Shown here one piece after another: positions 46,900-55,608 of a stretch of 64,000 nt of DNA. The stretch comes from Gemmatimonadota bacterium (GTDB lineage Bacteria; Gemmatimonadota; Gemmatimonadetes; Gemmatimonadales; GWC2-71-9), in the NCBI GenBank assembly GCA_039587475.1, contig JBDHIK010000300.1, positions 39,450-103,449 on the forward strand, written 5' to 3'. The position numbers were made by a program, and so were the translations under genes. Position 1 is the first letter of the stretch; each line of letters begins with the position of its first letter. The notes under the pieces are model-generated. The model did no database searches. It saw nothing but the letters and a program-made list of their open reading frames with translations, and was not told where the DNA came from.

Positions 46900-47787
46900 T
46901 CAGAGACCGAGTTCCATCGGGGTGGGCGGGTTGTCGCCGTAGTCGTAGAAGCCCTTGCCGCTCTTGCGGCCATACAGGCCCGCCATGACCATGCGCTTGA
47001 GCAACGGCGGTGGCGCATAGCGCTGCTCGCGATACTCCTCGAACATGATCTCGGCAATCTTGTACGTGGTGTCGTTGCCGACGAAGTCGAGCAGCGTCAG
47101 CGGCCCCATCGGGTAGCCGCAACCCAGCTGCATGGCCTGATCGATATCGGTGATCGACGCGACGCCGGTCTCCAGGGCGCGAATGGCGTCGAGCAGATAG
47201 GGCACCAGCAGGAGGTTCACGATGAACCCCGAATTGTCCTTCGCGGCGACCGCCACCTTCCCGAGACTCTTGGCGAACGCGAACGCGCGATCGAACGGCT
47301 CCTGCCCCGTCGTGACGGTCCGAACCACCTCGACCAGCTTCATGAGGGGCACGGGATTGAAGAAGTGCAGGCCGACGAAGTGGTCCGGCCGCGACGTGGC
47401 GGCGGCCATGGCGGCGATCGTCAGGCTCGAAGTGTTCGACGCGAAGATCGTGTGTGGCGCACACTGCCCATCGAGCTCCTTCCACATGGTGTTCTTGAGC
47501 TCCAGGTCCTCCGTCACGGCCTCGATGATGATGTCGCAGCCCGCCACCGCGCCGAGGTCCGTGACGAAGGACAAACGCCCCAGGGCGGCATCGCGCTCGT
47601 CATCGGTCATCTTGCCCTTCTCGACGAACTTGCCGAGCGATTTCTCGATTCCGGCTCGCCCCTTGTCGAGCGGCGCCTGAGCGACTTCGCGTACCGTCGT
47701 CGCATAGCCCGCCGCAGCGGCCACCTGTGCGATGCCGCTGCCCATGAGCCCGCAGCCGAGTACTCCGACCTTCGAAATGTCCGTCAT
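46900..47787 (-). CDS. hbd: 3-hydroxybutyryl-CoA / 3-hydroxyacyl-CoA dehydrogenase (NAD-binding)
   Basis: VGVLGCGLMGSGIAQV Rossmann fold, ...NTSSL... and C-terminal 3HCDH_C domain. Confidence 0.9.
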   Translation of the reverse strand: MTDISKVGVLGCGLMGSGIAQVAAAAGYATTVREVAQAPLDKGRAGIEKSLGKFVEKGKMTDDERDAALGRLSFVTDLGAVAGCDIIIEAVTEDLELKNTMWKELDGQCAPHTIFASNTSSLTIAAMAAATSRPDHFVGLHFFNPVPLMKLVEVVRTVTTGQEPFDRAFAFAKSLGKVAVAAKDNSGFIVNLLLVPYLLDAIRALETGVASITDIDQAMQLGCGYPMGPLTLLDFVGNDTTYKIAEIMFEEYREQRYAPPPLLKRMVMAGLYGRKSGKGFYDYGDNPPTPMELGL

Positions 47788-47812
47788 TGCATGCGTATCC
47801 GTGTTGGAAGGT

Positions 47813-48646
47813 TCAGGATCCGAGAGCCTTTCGTACTTCGTTCGTTACGACCTGGAGCAGGCTGGCCTGTCCGGACGGCAGTTCGTGTCCCGGTTTGACC
47901 GTGCCCCGCTCGAGATGGTCCAGCGCGCGCTCCAGCCCCAACCGTGTGCGTGCCAGGGTGGGACGGTAGCTCCGCCAGATCACACTGGCGAGGGCTGCAC
48001 CCGCGATGACCGGGATCGGCATGAGCACCAGCAGGGCTCCGGTGCTGGCAAGCACGGCCGTGCCGACCGCGCCCCCACCAAGAAACAGTGCACCAAAACC
48101 GAGATGCTCGTTGCGCGGGGTCTTCAGGTCGGCCTGCAACCGGACGTGGCAGTAGCCGGGCTCCAACTCCGTGATGATGGCGGTCACCTGCTTGGCTTTG
48201 GCCAGCATGAAGGGTTTCCGGCCCCCGCCCAGAGCTGCCGAGGAACGCTTGAAGGCCACTTGGAGTCCCGGCAACGGTTCCCAGTCGATCCGTCCGGGCC
48301 GTTGCCGCTGAATGGCCAGCAGTTCCTCGTCCTCGACCCACTTCATCATCGTCCGCTCGATCCCGGCCCGCTCGCCACGGATGACCCGCTCGGCTTCGGC
48401 GGTCGCCGTGCCGACGACCCGCTCCACCACACCCGAGGCAATGACCTCGGGCGACCTGTTCTGCTCCTCCAGCAGGGCTTGTTGCAGGAATCGACCCGGA
48501 ATACCCACTTCTTTGCCAAGCTGTCGTACCTCGTCCCACGTCAGATCGTCGCCAACCTCCCGTTCCGCGGTTTGCAGTTCCGCGGCGCGCATGATGATGC
48601 GCTCCAATGCGGCCCGGTCGACACGTCGTGGGACGAGGTCGCTCAT
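47813..48646 (-). CDS. hypothetical membrane-anchored protein (soluble N-domain + 2 C-terminal TM helices), SPFH partner
   Basis: Start abuts stop of upstream SPFH gene (48646/48647); TM region ...FGALFLGGGAVGTAVLASTGALLVLMPIPVIAGAALASVIW... Confidence 0.55.
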   Translation of the reverse strand: MSDLVPRRVDRAALERIIMRAAELQTAEREVGDDLTWDEVRQLGKEVGIPGRFLQQALLEEQNRSPEVIASGVVERVVGTATAEAERVIRGERAGIERTMMKWVEDEELLAIQRQRPGRIDWEPLPGLQVAFKRSSAALGGGRKPFMLAKAKQVTAIITELEPGYCHVRLQADLKTPRNEHLGFGALFLGGGAVGTAVLASTGALLVLMPIPVIAGAALASVIWRSYRPTLARTRLGLERALDHLERGTVKPGHELPSGQASLLQVVTNEVRKALGS

Positions 48647-49507
48647 CTAGTCGGTGCGCTTGGCCGGGTCGGGTTCGCGCTGTTCCTCCACCTGGACCTT
48701 GGGTAACGCGTCGAGGAGGCTGCCGGCGGTCAGCGCCTCCGGGGCCGCCGCGGCGCTGGTTTCGCCGCCGCCGGTTCGCGTGAGAAACGGCTTGAACAAC
48801 TCGATCGGAATGGGGAAGATCGTCGTGGAGTTGTTCTCCGCAGCGATTTCGGTCACGGTCTGGAGGTAGCGCAACTGGATGGCGCTTGGTTCCGTCGCCA
48901 GGGTGGCCGCCGCCTGGGCCAGCGTGGTCGAGGCCTGCAGCTCGCCCTGGGCAGCGATGACCTTGCCGCGCCGTTCCCGCTCCGCTTCCGCTTGCCGCGC
49001 CATGGCGCGCTTCATCAGTTCGGGGAGATCGACGTCTTTGACTTCCACCGCCGACACCTCGATACCCCAGGGATCGGTGCGCTCATCGATGATGGTCTTG
49101 AGGATGCCGTTGATCTTCTCGCGATCGGACAACAGTTCGTCCAGTTCGACCTCGCCCAGCACGGCCCGGAGGGTGGTTTGCGCCAGCTGACTCGTGGCGT
49201 AGAGATAGTCTTCGATGTCGATCACCGCACGCGCCGGCTCCGTCACCCTCATGTAGAGGACGGCATTGACCTTGACCGAGACGTTGTCTCGGGTGATGAC
49301 GTCCTGTGGCGGGATATCCAATGCCATGATGCGGAGCGATACCCGCTTCTGGACGGCAAGACCGAGGGGGAGAAAGATCAGGCCCGGCCCCTTGGTGCGT
49401 TGATACTTGCCAAGAAAGAACACCACGCCACGCTCGTACTGCCGCAAGACCCTCAAGCTGGCGAATATGTAGCCGACCCCGAGGCCGGCGGCGATGAGAA
49501 GTTCCAT
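48647..49507 (-). CDS. SPFH / band-7 (stomatin-like, slipin) family protein
   Basis: N-terminal TM, ...[17 protein letters not shown]... then SPFH core and coiled-coil ...[24 protein letters not shown]... Confidence 0.9.
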   Translation of the reverse strand: MELLIAAGLGVGYIFASLRVLRQYERGVVFFLGKYQRTKGPGLIFLPLGLAVQKRVSLRIMALDIPPQDVITRDNVSVKVNAVLYMRVTEPARAVIDIEDYLYATSQLAQTTLRAVLGEVELDELLSDREKINGILKTIIDERTDPWGIEVSAVEVKDVDLPELMKRAMARQAEAERERRGKVIAAQGELQASTTLAQAAATLATEPSAIQLRYLQTVTEIAAENNSTTIFPIPIELFKPFLTRTGGGETSAAAAPEALTAGSLLDALPKVQVEEQREPDPAKRTD

Positions 49508-49519
49508 GACAACCTCGCT

Positions 49520-50731
49520 CTAGGGCGCGAACGCCTCGACGATGACCGCTGCTCCCTGTCCGCCTCCGATACAAGCGCTTCCCACACCAAACCTGCCGCC
49601 GGTGCGTCGCAAAGCGTGAAGGAGGTGCAGCGTAATACGGGTGCCGCTGGCGGCGAGCGGATGTCCGATGGCGATGGCCCCGCCATCGGTGTTGGTCTTG
49701 TCGCGGTCGAGTCCCATCTCACGCTCCACCGCGAGATATTGGGCCGAGAACGCCTCGTTGACTTCGACGAGATCCATGTCGCTCAACGCCATGTCCGCCT
49801 TGCTCAGGGCCTTGGCGATGGCCGGAGCCGGGCCGATGCCCATGTACTTCGGTTCTACGCCGACGAGGCCCCAGGCGACGAGCCGCCCGATGGGGGTGAG
49901 GCCATGGTCCCTGGCAGCCGCCTCGGAGGCGATGACCACCGCCGCACCACCGTCACAGATGCCCGAGGCGTTGCCGGCTGTAACCACCCCATCCGCCTTG
50001 AAGTACGGTGGCAGCTTCGCCAGGCCCTCAGGAGTCGTGTCGGGTCGCATGTGCTCATCGGCGCGCCACGGCTCCATCGCCTTGGTTTTGCGGTTCTTGA
50101 TGGGGACGGGGATCACTTCGTCATCGAAATGCCCTCCGTTCCAGGCTGCCTGCGCCGCCAACTGGCTGCGAAGGGCGTATTCGTCCACGGCCTCACGCGG
50201 GATGGCGTACTTGTCGGCCAGGTTCTCGGCCGTCTCGGCCATGGAGAAGCCGCACTGCGGGTCTTGCAGCGATTCCCACAGCAAGTCCTCGAACGGCGGC
50301 GCCGGGCCCAGCCGGAGCCCCCACCTGGCCCCGCGGACGACATGCGGCGCTTGACTCATGGATTCGGCGCCGCCGGCCAGCACCGTCGCCGATTCACCCA
50401 GCATGATCTGTTGCGCGCCTTGGATGATCGACTCGAAGCCGGAACCGCACAGTCGGTTCACGGTGACCGCCGGGGTTTCGATGGGGAGGCCGGCGTGCAG
50501 GGCGACGTGCCGGGCCATATAGATGGCGTCCGCCGAGGTCTGGAGGGCGTTCCCGAACACGACGTGGTCTACCTTGCCGGCCTCCACGCCGGCCCGTTCG
50601 AGGGCCTGCTGGGCCGCTATGGTGCCTAGATCGATGGCGCTGTGGTTCTTGAGGGTGCCGCCAAAACTGCCAAAACCCGTCCGCACCCCGGACAGGAACA
50701 CTACATCGGTATCGTGACCCTGGGTCTTCAT
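49520..50731 (-). CDS. acetyl-CoA C-acetyltransferase (thiolase II)
   Basis: Active-site NRLCGSGFESI (Cys), ...GNASGICDGGAAV..., C-terminal ...GHPLAASGTRI...GVGSACIGGGQGAAV... Confidence 0.9.
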   Translation of the reverse strand: MKTQGHDTDVVFLSGVRTGFGSFGGTLKNHSAIDLGTIAAQQALERAGVEAGKVDHVVFGNALQTSADAIYMARHVALHAGLPIETPAVTVNRLCGSGFESIIQGAQQIMLGESATVLAGGAESMSQAPHVVRGARWGLRLGPAPPFEDLLWESLQDPQCGFSMAETAENLADKYAIPREAVDEYALRSQLAAQAAWNGGHFDDEVIPVPIKNRKTKAMEPWRADEHMRPDTTPEGLAKLPPYFKADGVVTAGNASGICDGGAAVVIASEAAARDHGLTPIGRLVAWGLVGVEPKYMGIGPAPAIAKALSKADMALSDMDLVEVNEAFSAQYLAVEREMGLDRDKTNTDGGAIAIGHPLAASGTRITLHLLHALRRTGGRFGVGSACIGGGQGAAVIVEAFAP

Positions 50732-50812
50732 GTGTTGCAGGCTCCACGCGCGAGGAATCGTTGTCGAGCCCTGAAATATGGTCGGTTCCGGAGGGAACCG
50801 GGAGGCGGCCCT

Positions 50813-51865
50813 TCAGGCCTGGGTGACGGCCTCTTCCAGCGCCCGTGCCACCTCACGAGTCCCGGACGTCCCGCCGATATCGCCCGTGGTCGGTCCGTCC
50901 TCCAGGACCAGTTGGACGGCCCTCTCGAGCCGCAGGCCTGCGGGTTCGTGTCCCAGGGACCTGAGCAGCAGTGCGCCGGTCAGCACCATGGCCATGGGGT
51001 TGGCCACGTTTCTGCCGGCCAAGGGAGGGGCTGATCCGTGGACCGGTTCGAACAACCCCGGTGCCCCCGGGCGGAGGTTGGCGGAGGCAGCCATGCCCAG
51101 CCCACCGACCAGGCCGGCGCCCAGATCGGACAGGATGTCGCCGTACAGGTTGTTGGCCACGATGACGGAGAACCGTTCCGGGTCGCGGACCAACTCCATG
51201 GCGAGGGCATCGACGTAGCGGTGCTCCCGTTCCACCTGAGGGAAGTCGCCCCCAACGGCTTCGAACACCTCTCTCCAGATCCGCTGGAACGGGATGGCGT
51301 TGGACTTGTCGCTGAGCGTGACGCGTGTCCGGTCGTGGTCCCTGGCCCAGGCGAACGCGGCGCGGATGATCCGTGTCACGCCCGTCCTCGAGTTGATCTC
51401 CTCCGAGATGTGCTCTTCATCCTCGGAACCGACGTTTCGGGACTCTCCACGCCCGGTGTACTGTCCCTCGGTGTTCTCCCGGAAGATGGCGAAATCGATG
51501 TTGCACGCGTCTCGCAACGGAGTCAGCCGCGGGTGCCACAGGCGAACCGGGCGGAAGTTGATGTAGAGGTCGAGGCGGAAGCGCAGGCCCAGCAGAATGT
51601 CACGGGCGTGTTCGTTGTTGGGGACGCGCGGATCGCCCATCGCTCCCACGACGATGGCATCGGACTCATCCCGAAGGGAAGCGAACGCCTGATCGGGGAG
51701 GGTTTCTCCTGTTGCCAGGAAATGGTCTGCCGAGTAGGGAAGGTGCTCGACCTGTAGTGAGGCGCCGTCGAGGGCGGCGGCCCGATCGATGACCGGCCAG
51801 GCGGCTTCGACCACCTCGGGGCCGATTCCGTCACCGGCGATGATGGCGATGCGGTGCGTGGTCAT
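50813..51865 (-). CDS. isocitrate/isopropylmalate dehydrogenase family (3-isopropylmalate or tartrate dehydrogenase-like)
   Basis: Start at MTTHRIAIIAGDGIGPEVV (ATG ~51865; ORF-track ORF extends to 52036); ...NLYGDILSDL... signature. Confidence 0.85.
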   Translation of the reverse strand: MTTHRIAIIAGDGIGPEVVEAAWPVIDRAAALDGASLQVEHLPYSADHFLATGETLPDQAFASLRDESDAIVVGAMGDPRVPNNEHARDILLGLRFRLDLYINFRPVRLWHPRLTPLRDACNIDFAIFRENTEGQYTGRGESRNVGSEDEEHISEEINSRTGVTRIIRAAFAWARDHDRTRVTLSDKSNAIPFQRIWREVFEAVGGDFPQVEREHRYVDALAMELVRDPERFSVIVANNLYGDILSDLGAGLVGGLGMAASANLRPGAPGLFEPVHGSAPPLAGRNVANPMAMVLTGALLLRSLGHEPAGLRLERAVQLVLEDGPTTGDIGGTSGTREVARALEEAVTQA

Positions 51866-51873
51866 GTCTGTTG

Positions 51874-52629
51874 TCAGGTTGGGGATGTGGGGCGACCGCA
51901 CTCGACGCAGTGCCGCCACCCCGGTTCGAGTACCGCATCGCAATCGAGGCACCGGCTGGCGTCCCGGCTGCGACCGCAATGAGGACAGAAACTGACCCGT
52001 CGATTGGTCGGGATCTCGCCGCCACAGGCACCGCATGTTGGCAGGACATCTTCGGCGACATCCTCCGGTACGGCGTCGTCCGGTGCGATCTCAAAAGTGA
52101 TGTCCGGTGGCACGTCTCGGGTGGTTTCCACCGGGGCTGGATCGACGGGTGTCGGCTCCGGGATGGGCGGTGGTGTCGGTAGCCCAGGGGGGTCCTCGAG
52201 CGGGGTGAAGGCAATCACCGTCGCCTGGCCGCCTGCCGCGTCTTCCTCGTTGTCACGCTCGCCGGGAGGGCGATAGGCCTTCATGGTCTGGGCCGGGTCG
52301 GAGGCCTTGCCGGACGCGAGATTCAGGTCCACGGCCACGGTTGCGTATGTCGAGAGAACGGCCAGGTCGGGGTTGATCTCCCCGGTCTCACGGAGGAAAG
52401 CCTCCTGCGCCTTGGCCTCGTGCAGGGTCACGAAGCCGCCTTCGCCGGCGCACAGACGCAGCAGGAGCATCTCGTGATCCTCGCTGCACTCCAGGGCCAG
52501 GCGATCCCGCACGCGACGGTACGGAATCAGGGAGTGCTGAAGGTCGTACACCGTCACGGGGTCTCCGCGACGGTCGACGTCCGCCTGCACCGCCTCGATC
52601 AGTTCGTTGAACAGTCGATCCAGGGTCAT
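51874..52629 (-). CDS. hypothetical protein with Pro/Glu-rich linker and C-terminal double zinc ribbon
   Basis: ATG 52629 (MTLDRLFNELIEAV...) preceded by GGAG; C-terminus CGACGGEIPTNRRVSFCPHCG...CLDCDAVLEPGWRHCVECG; N-terminal 122 codons of ORF 51874..52995 rejected. Confidence 0.5.
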   Translation of the reverse strand: MTLDRLFNELIEAVQADVDRRGDPVTVYDLQHSLIPYRRVRDRLALECSEDHEMLLLRLCAGEGGFVTLHEAKAQEAFLRETGEINPDLAVLSTYATVAVDLNLASGKASDPAQTMKAYRPPGERDNEEDAAGGQATVIAFTPLEDPPGLPTPPPIPEPTPVDPAPVETTRDVPPDITFEIAPDDAVPEDVAEDVLPTCGACGGEIPTNRRVSFCPHCGRSRDASRCLDCDAVLEPGWRHCVECGRPTSPT

Positions 52630-52646
52630 CGGGGCTCCGTCGGTCC

Positions 52647-53270
52647 TCACCCGACCATGCGCAACGGCAGTGGAGAGCCCGTTGCCAGCTCGTGCTCGAG
52701 AACGGCGAATGCTTCGTCGGGATCGTACTCGAGATAGCGATTCTTGGCCGTGTGTTCCGCCAGCCATGCAGGAAAGCCCGACGGGATGGCGCCATCCGAC
52801 GAATGTTGTTCGGTGGCCGCCTGCACGGCGAGATCGTTCGAGTATTCGTTCTTCACGTGTCCCTTGTGTCCCCGCACCCAGGTCCACTGCACGTCGTGGC
52901 GGGACGCGGCGTCGACGAGTTCTTGCCACAAGGACAGGTTTTCGACCGGGCCGCCCTTGCGTTTCCACCCCCGGGCACGCCACGAGGGCACCCACTCGCG
53001 CATGCCGCGTACAAGGTATTGCGAATCGGATACGATGGCGACGCGAAATCGTTCCCCTTTGGCGGACAACGCCTTCAGGGTCACGATGGCGCCCGCGATG
53101 GCCATGCGGTTGTTGGTGGTGTCGGGGTCGTGCAGGTAGATGTCACGTCGCTGAACGCCCTGGGTCGTGCGGATCTCGATGAGTCCACCGGCCCCCCCCG
53201 GGTTGGCGCCTTCTCGGCCGTTTCCCAGGCAACTCTCGTCGAGATGCACCACCACGACCGACGGCGTCAT
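52647..53270 (-). CDS. rnhA: ribonuclease HI with ~60-aa C-terminal extension
   Basis: VVVHLDESCLGNGREGANPGGAGGLIEIR...TNNRMAIAGAIVTLKAL...WVRGHKGHVKNEYSNDLA; catalytic D/E/D residues present. Confidence 0.85.
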   Translation of the reverse strand: MTPSVVVVHLDESCLGNGREGANPGGAGGLIEIRTTQGVQRRDIYLHDPDTTNNRMAIAGAIVTLKALSAKGERFRVAIVSDSQYLVRGMREWVPSWRARGWKRKGGPVENLSLWQELVDAASRHDVQWTWVRGHKGHVKNEYSNDLAVQAATEQHSSDGAIPSGFPAWLAEHTAKNRYLEYDPDEAFAVLEHELATGSPLPLRMVG

Positions 53271-53503
53271 CCGTCCTCCGGGTCGATGACCTGAAAGGCG
53301 GTCAGGTCGTTGAGGGCAAACGTCAACTCTTCACCGGTCATCGGCAGGCGCCCGATGAGGGATTCCTGTGACCCGACCATGCGAAGGTCGACGGCGATGA
53401 CGACATACTCGGTGCCGCGCCGTTCCAGGGCGACGCGCTTGCCGGATCGTGTTGCGGACTCCAGCTGGTCGTAGCGATCGCTCGACCATCGCATGGCACT
53501 CAT
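53267..53503 (-). CDS. small hypothetical protein (78 aa)
   Basis: 4-nt overlaps with both selD (upstream) and rnhA (downstream) imply translational coupling; no recognised motif. Confidence 0.45.
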   Translation of the reverse strand: MSAMRWSSDRYDQLESATRSGKRVALERRGTEYVVIAVDLRMVGSQESLIGRLPMTGEELTFALNDLTAFQVIDPEDG

Positions 53504-54576
53504 TCGGAAGGACGGTTGCCGCGGCGAACCAACACGTCACCTGAAGGGCCCTCGACCAGCCGCCCGATGTGCGCCTGTGCGTGGGTCCCCGCTGCCGCAA
53601 GATCAGCCTGCACCAGGTCGAGGTGCTCCGGTGCCACAGCCAGGAGCAGCCCGCCCGAGGTCTGGGCGTCGGCGCATACCAGCCGCCCCGCCTCCGGGAT
53701 GTTCTCCCAGCGTACCCGGCTGGCATGGTCGAGATTGCGGCGGGTGCCGCCGGGGACCACGCCTCGCTCGGCCAGGGAGAGCGTACCGTCCAACACCGGG
53801 AGGGCATCAAAGTCGATTTCGGCCGCGAGCCCGCTTGCCACCAGCATGTTGTTCAGGTGGCCCAGGAGCCCGAATCCGGTGACATCGGTCGCGGCCTTGA
53901 CCCCGTGGCGGACCGCCACGGCCGCGGCATCACGATTGAGCGATTGCATGACGGCGATGGTCTGTACCAGGGCTTCCTCCGCGATCTCGTCGCGCTTCCG
54001 GGCGGTGGTCATGATACCGCTTCCCAGCGGCTTGGTGAGGACCAGTTCCTGGCCCGCGCGGGCCCCCGCCGTGGTCATCATGTGATCAGGATGGACTTCC
54101 CCGACGACCGCAAGGCCGAACTTGGGCTCCGGATCGTCCACCGAGTGGCCTCCCAGCAGCAGGCAGCCCGCGTCACGGGCAACGTCCGCCGCGCCCTCGA
54201 GGACTTCGCCCAGGATCTCGAGCGGAACGGTGTCGCGAGGCCACGCGACCAGGTTGAGTGCGAACAGCGGTGTTCCTCCCATGGCGTAGATGTCACTCAA
54301 GGCATTGGCGCAGGCAATGCGGCCCCAGGCCCCGGCGTCATCGACGATGGGCGTGAAGAAGTCGGTCGTCGCCACGAGCGCTCGATCGGACGACAACAGA
54401 AAGACGGCCGCGTCATCGTGTGACGCGGCCTCCACCAGGACTCGAGTGTCCTCGACCACAGGCAAGTAGCGCAGAACCTGCGCCAGCTCGGCTGCGCCGA
54501 GCTTACTGGCTCAACCGGCGCCGTGCGCCAGGGTGGTCAGCCGGATGCGTGGTCGCTGATCGGCGAGATCGTTCAT
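53500..54576 (-). CDS. selD: selenide, water dikinase (selenophosphate synthetase) SelD, selenocysteine-containing (in-frame TGA at ~54511-54513)
   Basis: ATG 54576: MNDLADQRPRIRLTTLAHGAG-[TGA]-ASKLGAAELAQVLRYLPVVEDTRVLVEAASHDDAAV... aligns with E. coli SelD [30 protein letters not shown]...DDAAV, placing TGA at catalytic Cys17; downstream DFFTPIVDD and IACANALSDIYAMGG SelD motifs; the ORF track splits the gene at the TGA. Confidence 0.8.
54469..54502 (-). promoter_or_regulatory. candidate SECIS-like element: two GC-rich hairpins 11-45 nt downstream of the selD UGA
   Basis: mRNA UGAGCCAGUAA-GCUCGGC-GCA-GCCGAGC-UG-GCGCAG-GUU-CUGCGC: perfect 7-bp and 6-bp stems in the position expected of a bacterial SECIS. 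Confidence 0.45.
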
Positions 54577-54588
54577 GCGTCCGAAGGG

Positions 54589-55506
54589 CTATCCTCGTGT
54601 GCGTGCCCAGAGGAACGCCCGCAACCCGATGAGGGCTCGCTCCTCCTGGGCGGTGGTCCCAAAGGTACCGTCGCTGCGCTGCTGCTCGAGCAGGGCTGGA
54701 ACGGCCCGGCACACGGCGAACTTGGCCTTGGCCGTTCCGGCCGCGACCAGATGGTCCAGCACGTGGAACAGGTCGGCATTGGGCCAGGTGCCGTCACGGT
54801 TCTGGTGGCCGGCGATGAACGCAGCCGCCTCGGGTATGTGGTCGCGAAACGGTGGTGGAGCTACCGCAAGTGGCCCCAGTGCGCTCACGATGGCGTCGGG
54901 AGAAAAATAGCCGTCCCACCGTGTCGAGGTCTCCCGGAGCAGGATCAGGCTTTCCAGATGCTTCCGGACGGCCGGGCGGGCGTCGTGCCCGGCCATGAGG
55001 GAGGCGCGAAGCGCCAGGCAACTGACGGCGAACCGTGCCGCGCCTTCGGAGCGGAACACCTTGCCGCTGGGCAATGAGACCGGAGACAGCCGTTCCGAGG
55101 GCAGGGCCGGCGAGAAGAACCCGCCGACGAAGTGCTCACAGACTTTGTTGGCGTGCCGGGCCTCGTCGCATCCCTGTCCAAAGGCCCCGGGTTGATCCTG
55201 AAGTCCGAGGACCCATCCCACCACCCGAATGACGCCCGCCTCGTCCCGGCGGTGCCCCAATTCCATCAGCTCGATGACGCGCCAGATCGTGGGCACGACC
55301 GCCCCGCCCAGACTCCCGTCCAGGCGGGTTTCCCCCCTGAGCTCGCGTATGAGCCGCGTTCGCAGGATTTCGTCTCCGGCAACGAGCCGGTCCAGGGCAC
55401 GCCTCGCCAGCAGGCCCTGTCGGGTGGCCCGGGACTCGAAGAACGCGCCCAGGCGGTCGATGCCGTCCTGCAGGCCCGGGATCCGGTGTTTGACGAGGGT
55501 CATCAT
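54589..55506 (-). CDS. hypothetical protein with prenyltransferase/squalene-oxidase-like alpha-alpha toroid repeats (tentative)
   Basis: Repeated ...DGS(L/F)G..., RDGTWPN, SDGTFG motifs reminiscent of terpenoid cyclase/prenyltransferase repeats. Confidence 0.45.
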   Translation of the reverse strand: MMTLVKHRIPGLQDGIDRLGAFFESRATRQGLLARRALDRLVAGDEILRTRLIRELRGETRLDGSLGGAVVPTIWRVIELMELGHRRDEAGVIRVVGWVLGLQDQPGAFGQGCDEARHANKVCEHFVGGFFSPALPSERLSPVSLPSGKVFRSEGAARFAVSCLALRASLMAGHDARPAVRKHLESLILLRETSTRWDGYFSPDAIVSALGPLAVAPPPFRDHIPEAAAFIAGHQNRDGTWPNADLFHVLDHLVAAGTAKAKFAVCRAVPALLEQQRSDGTFGTTAQEERALIGLRAFLWARTRG

Positions 55507-55608
55507 CCGTGGTTCCCGGCAGCCAATCGGCCGCCGGGCTTCTCCTCCTTTGACGCTGGTATGTTATCCCGAATGAGGCCAGTCAGCCAGCGAGGCCAGG
55601 CCGGGCGG

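Noticed and set aside
46898-47485. N-terminal part of 361-aa ORF 46400..47485
   Set aside because: Overlaps hbd on the same strand in another frame; only the C-terminal ~166 aa (lipoprotein) retained
51866-52036. N-terminal 57 codons of ORF 50813..52036
   Set aside because: Overlaps the zinc-ribbon gene end; the conserved LeuB-family N-terminus begins at MTTHRIAIIAGDGIG
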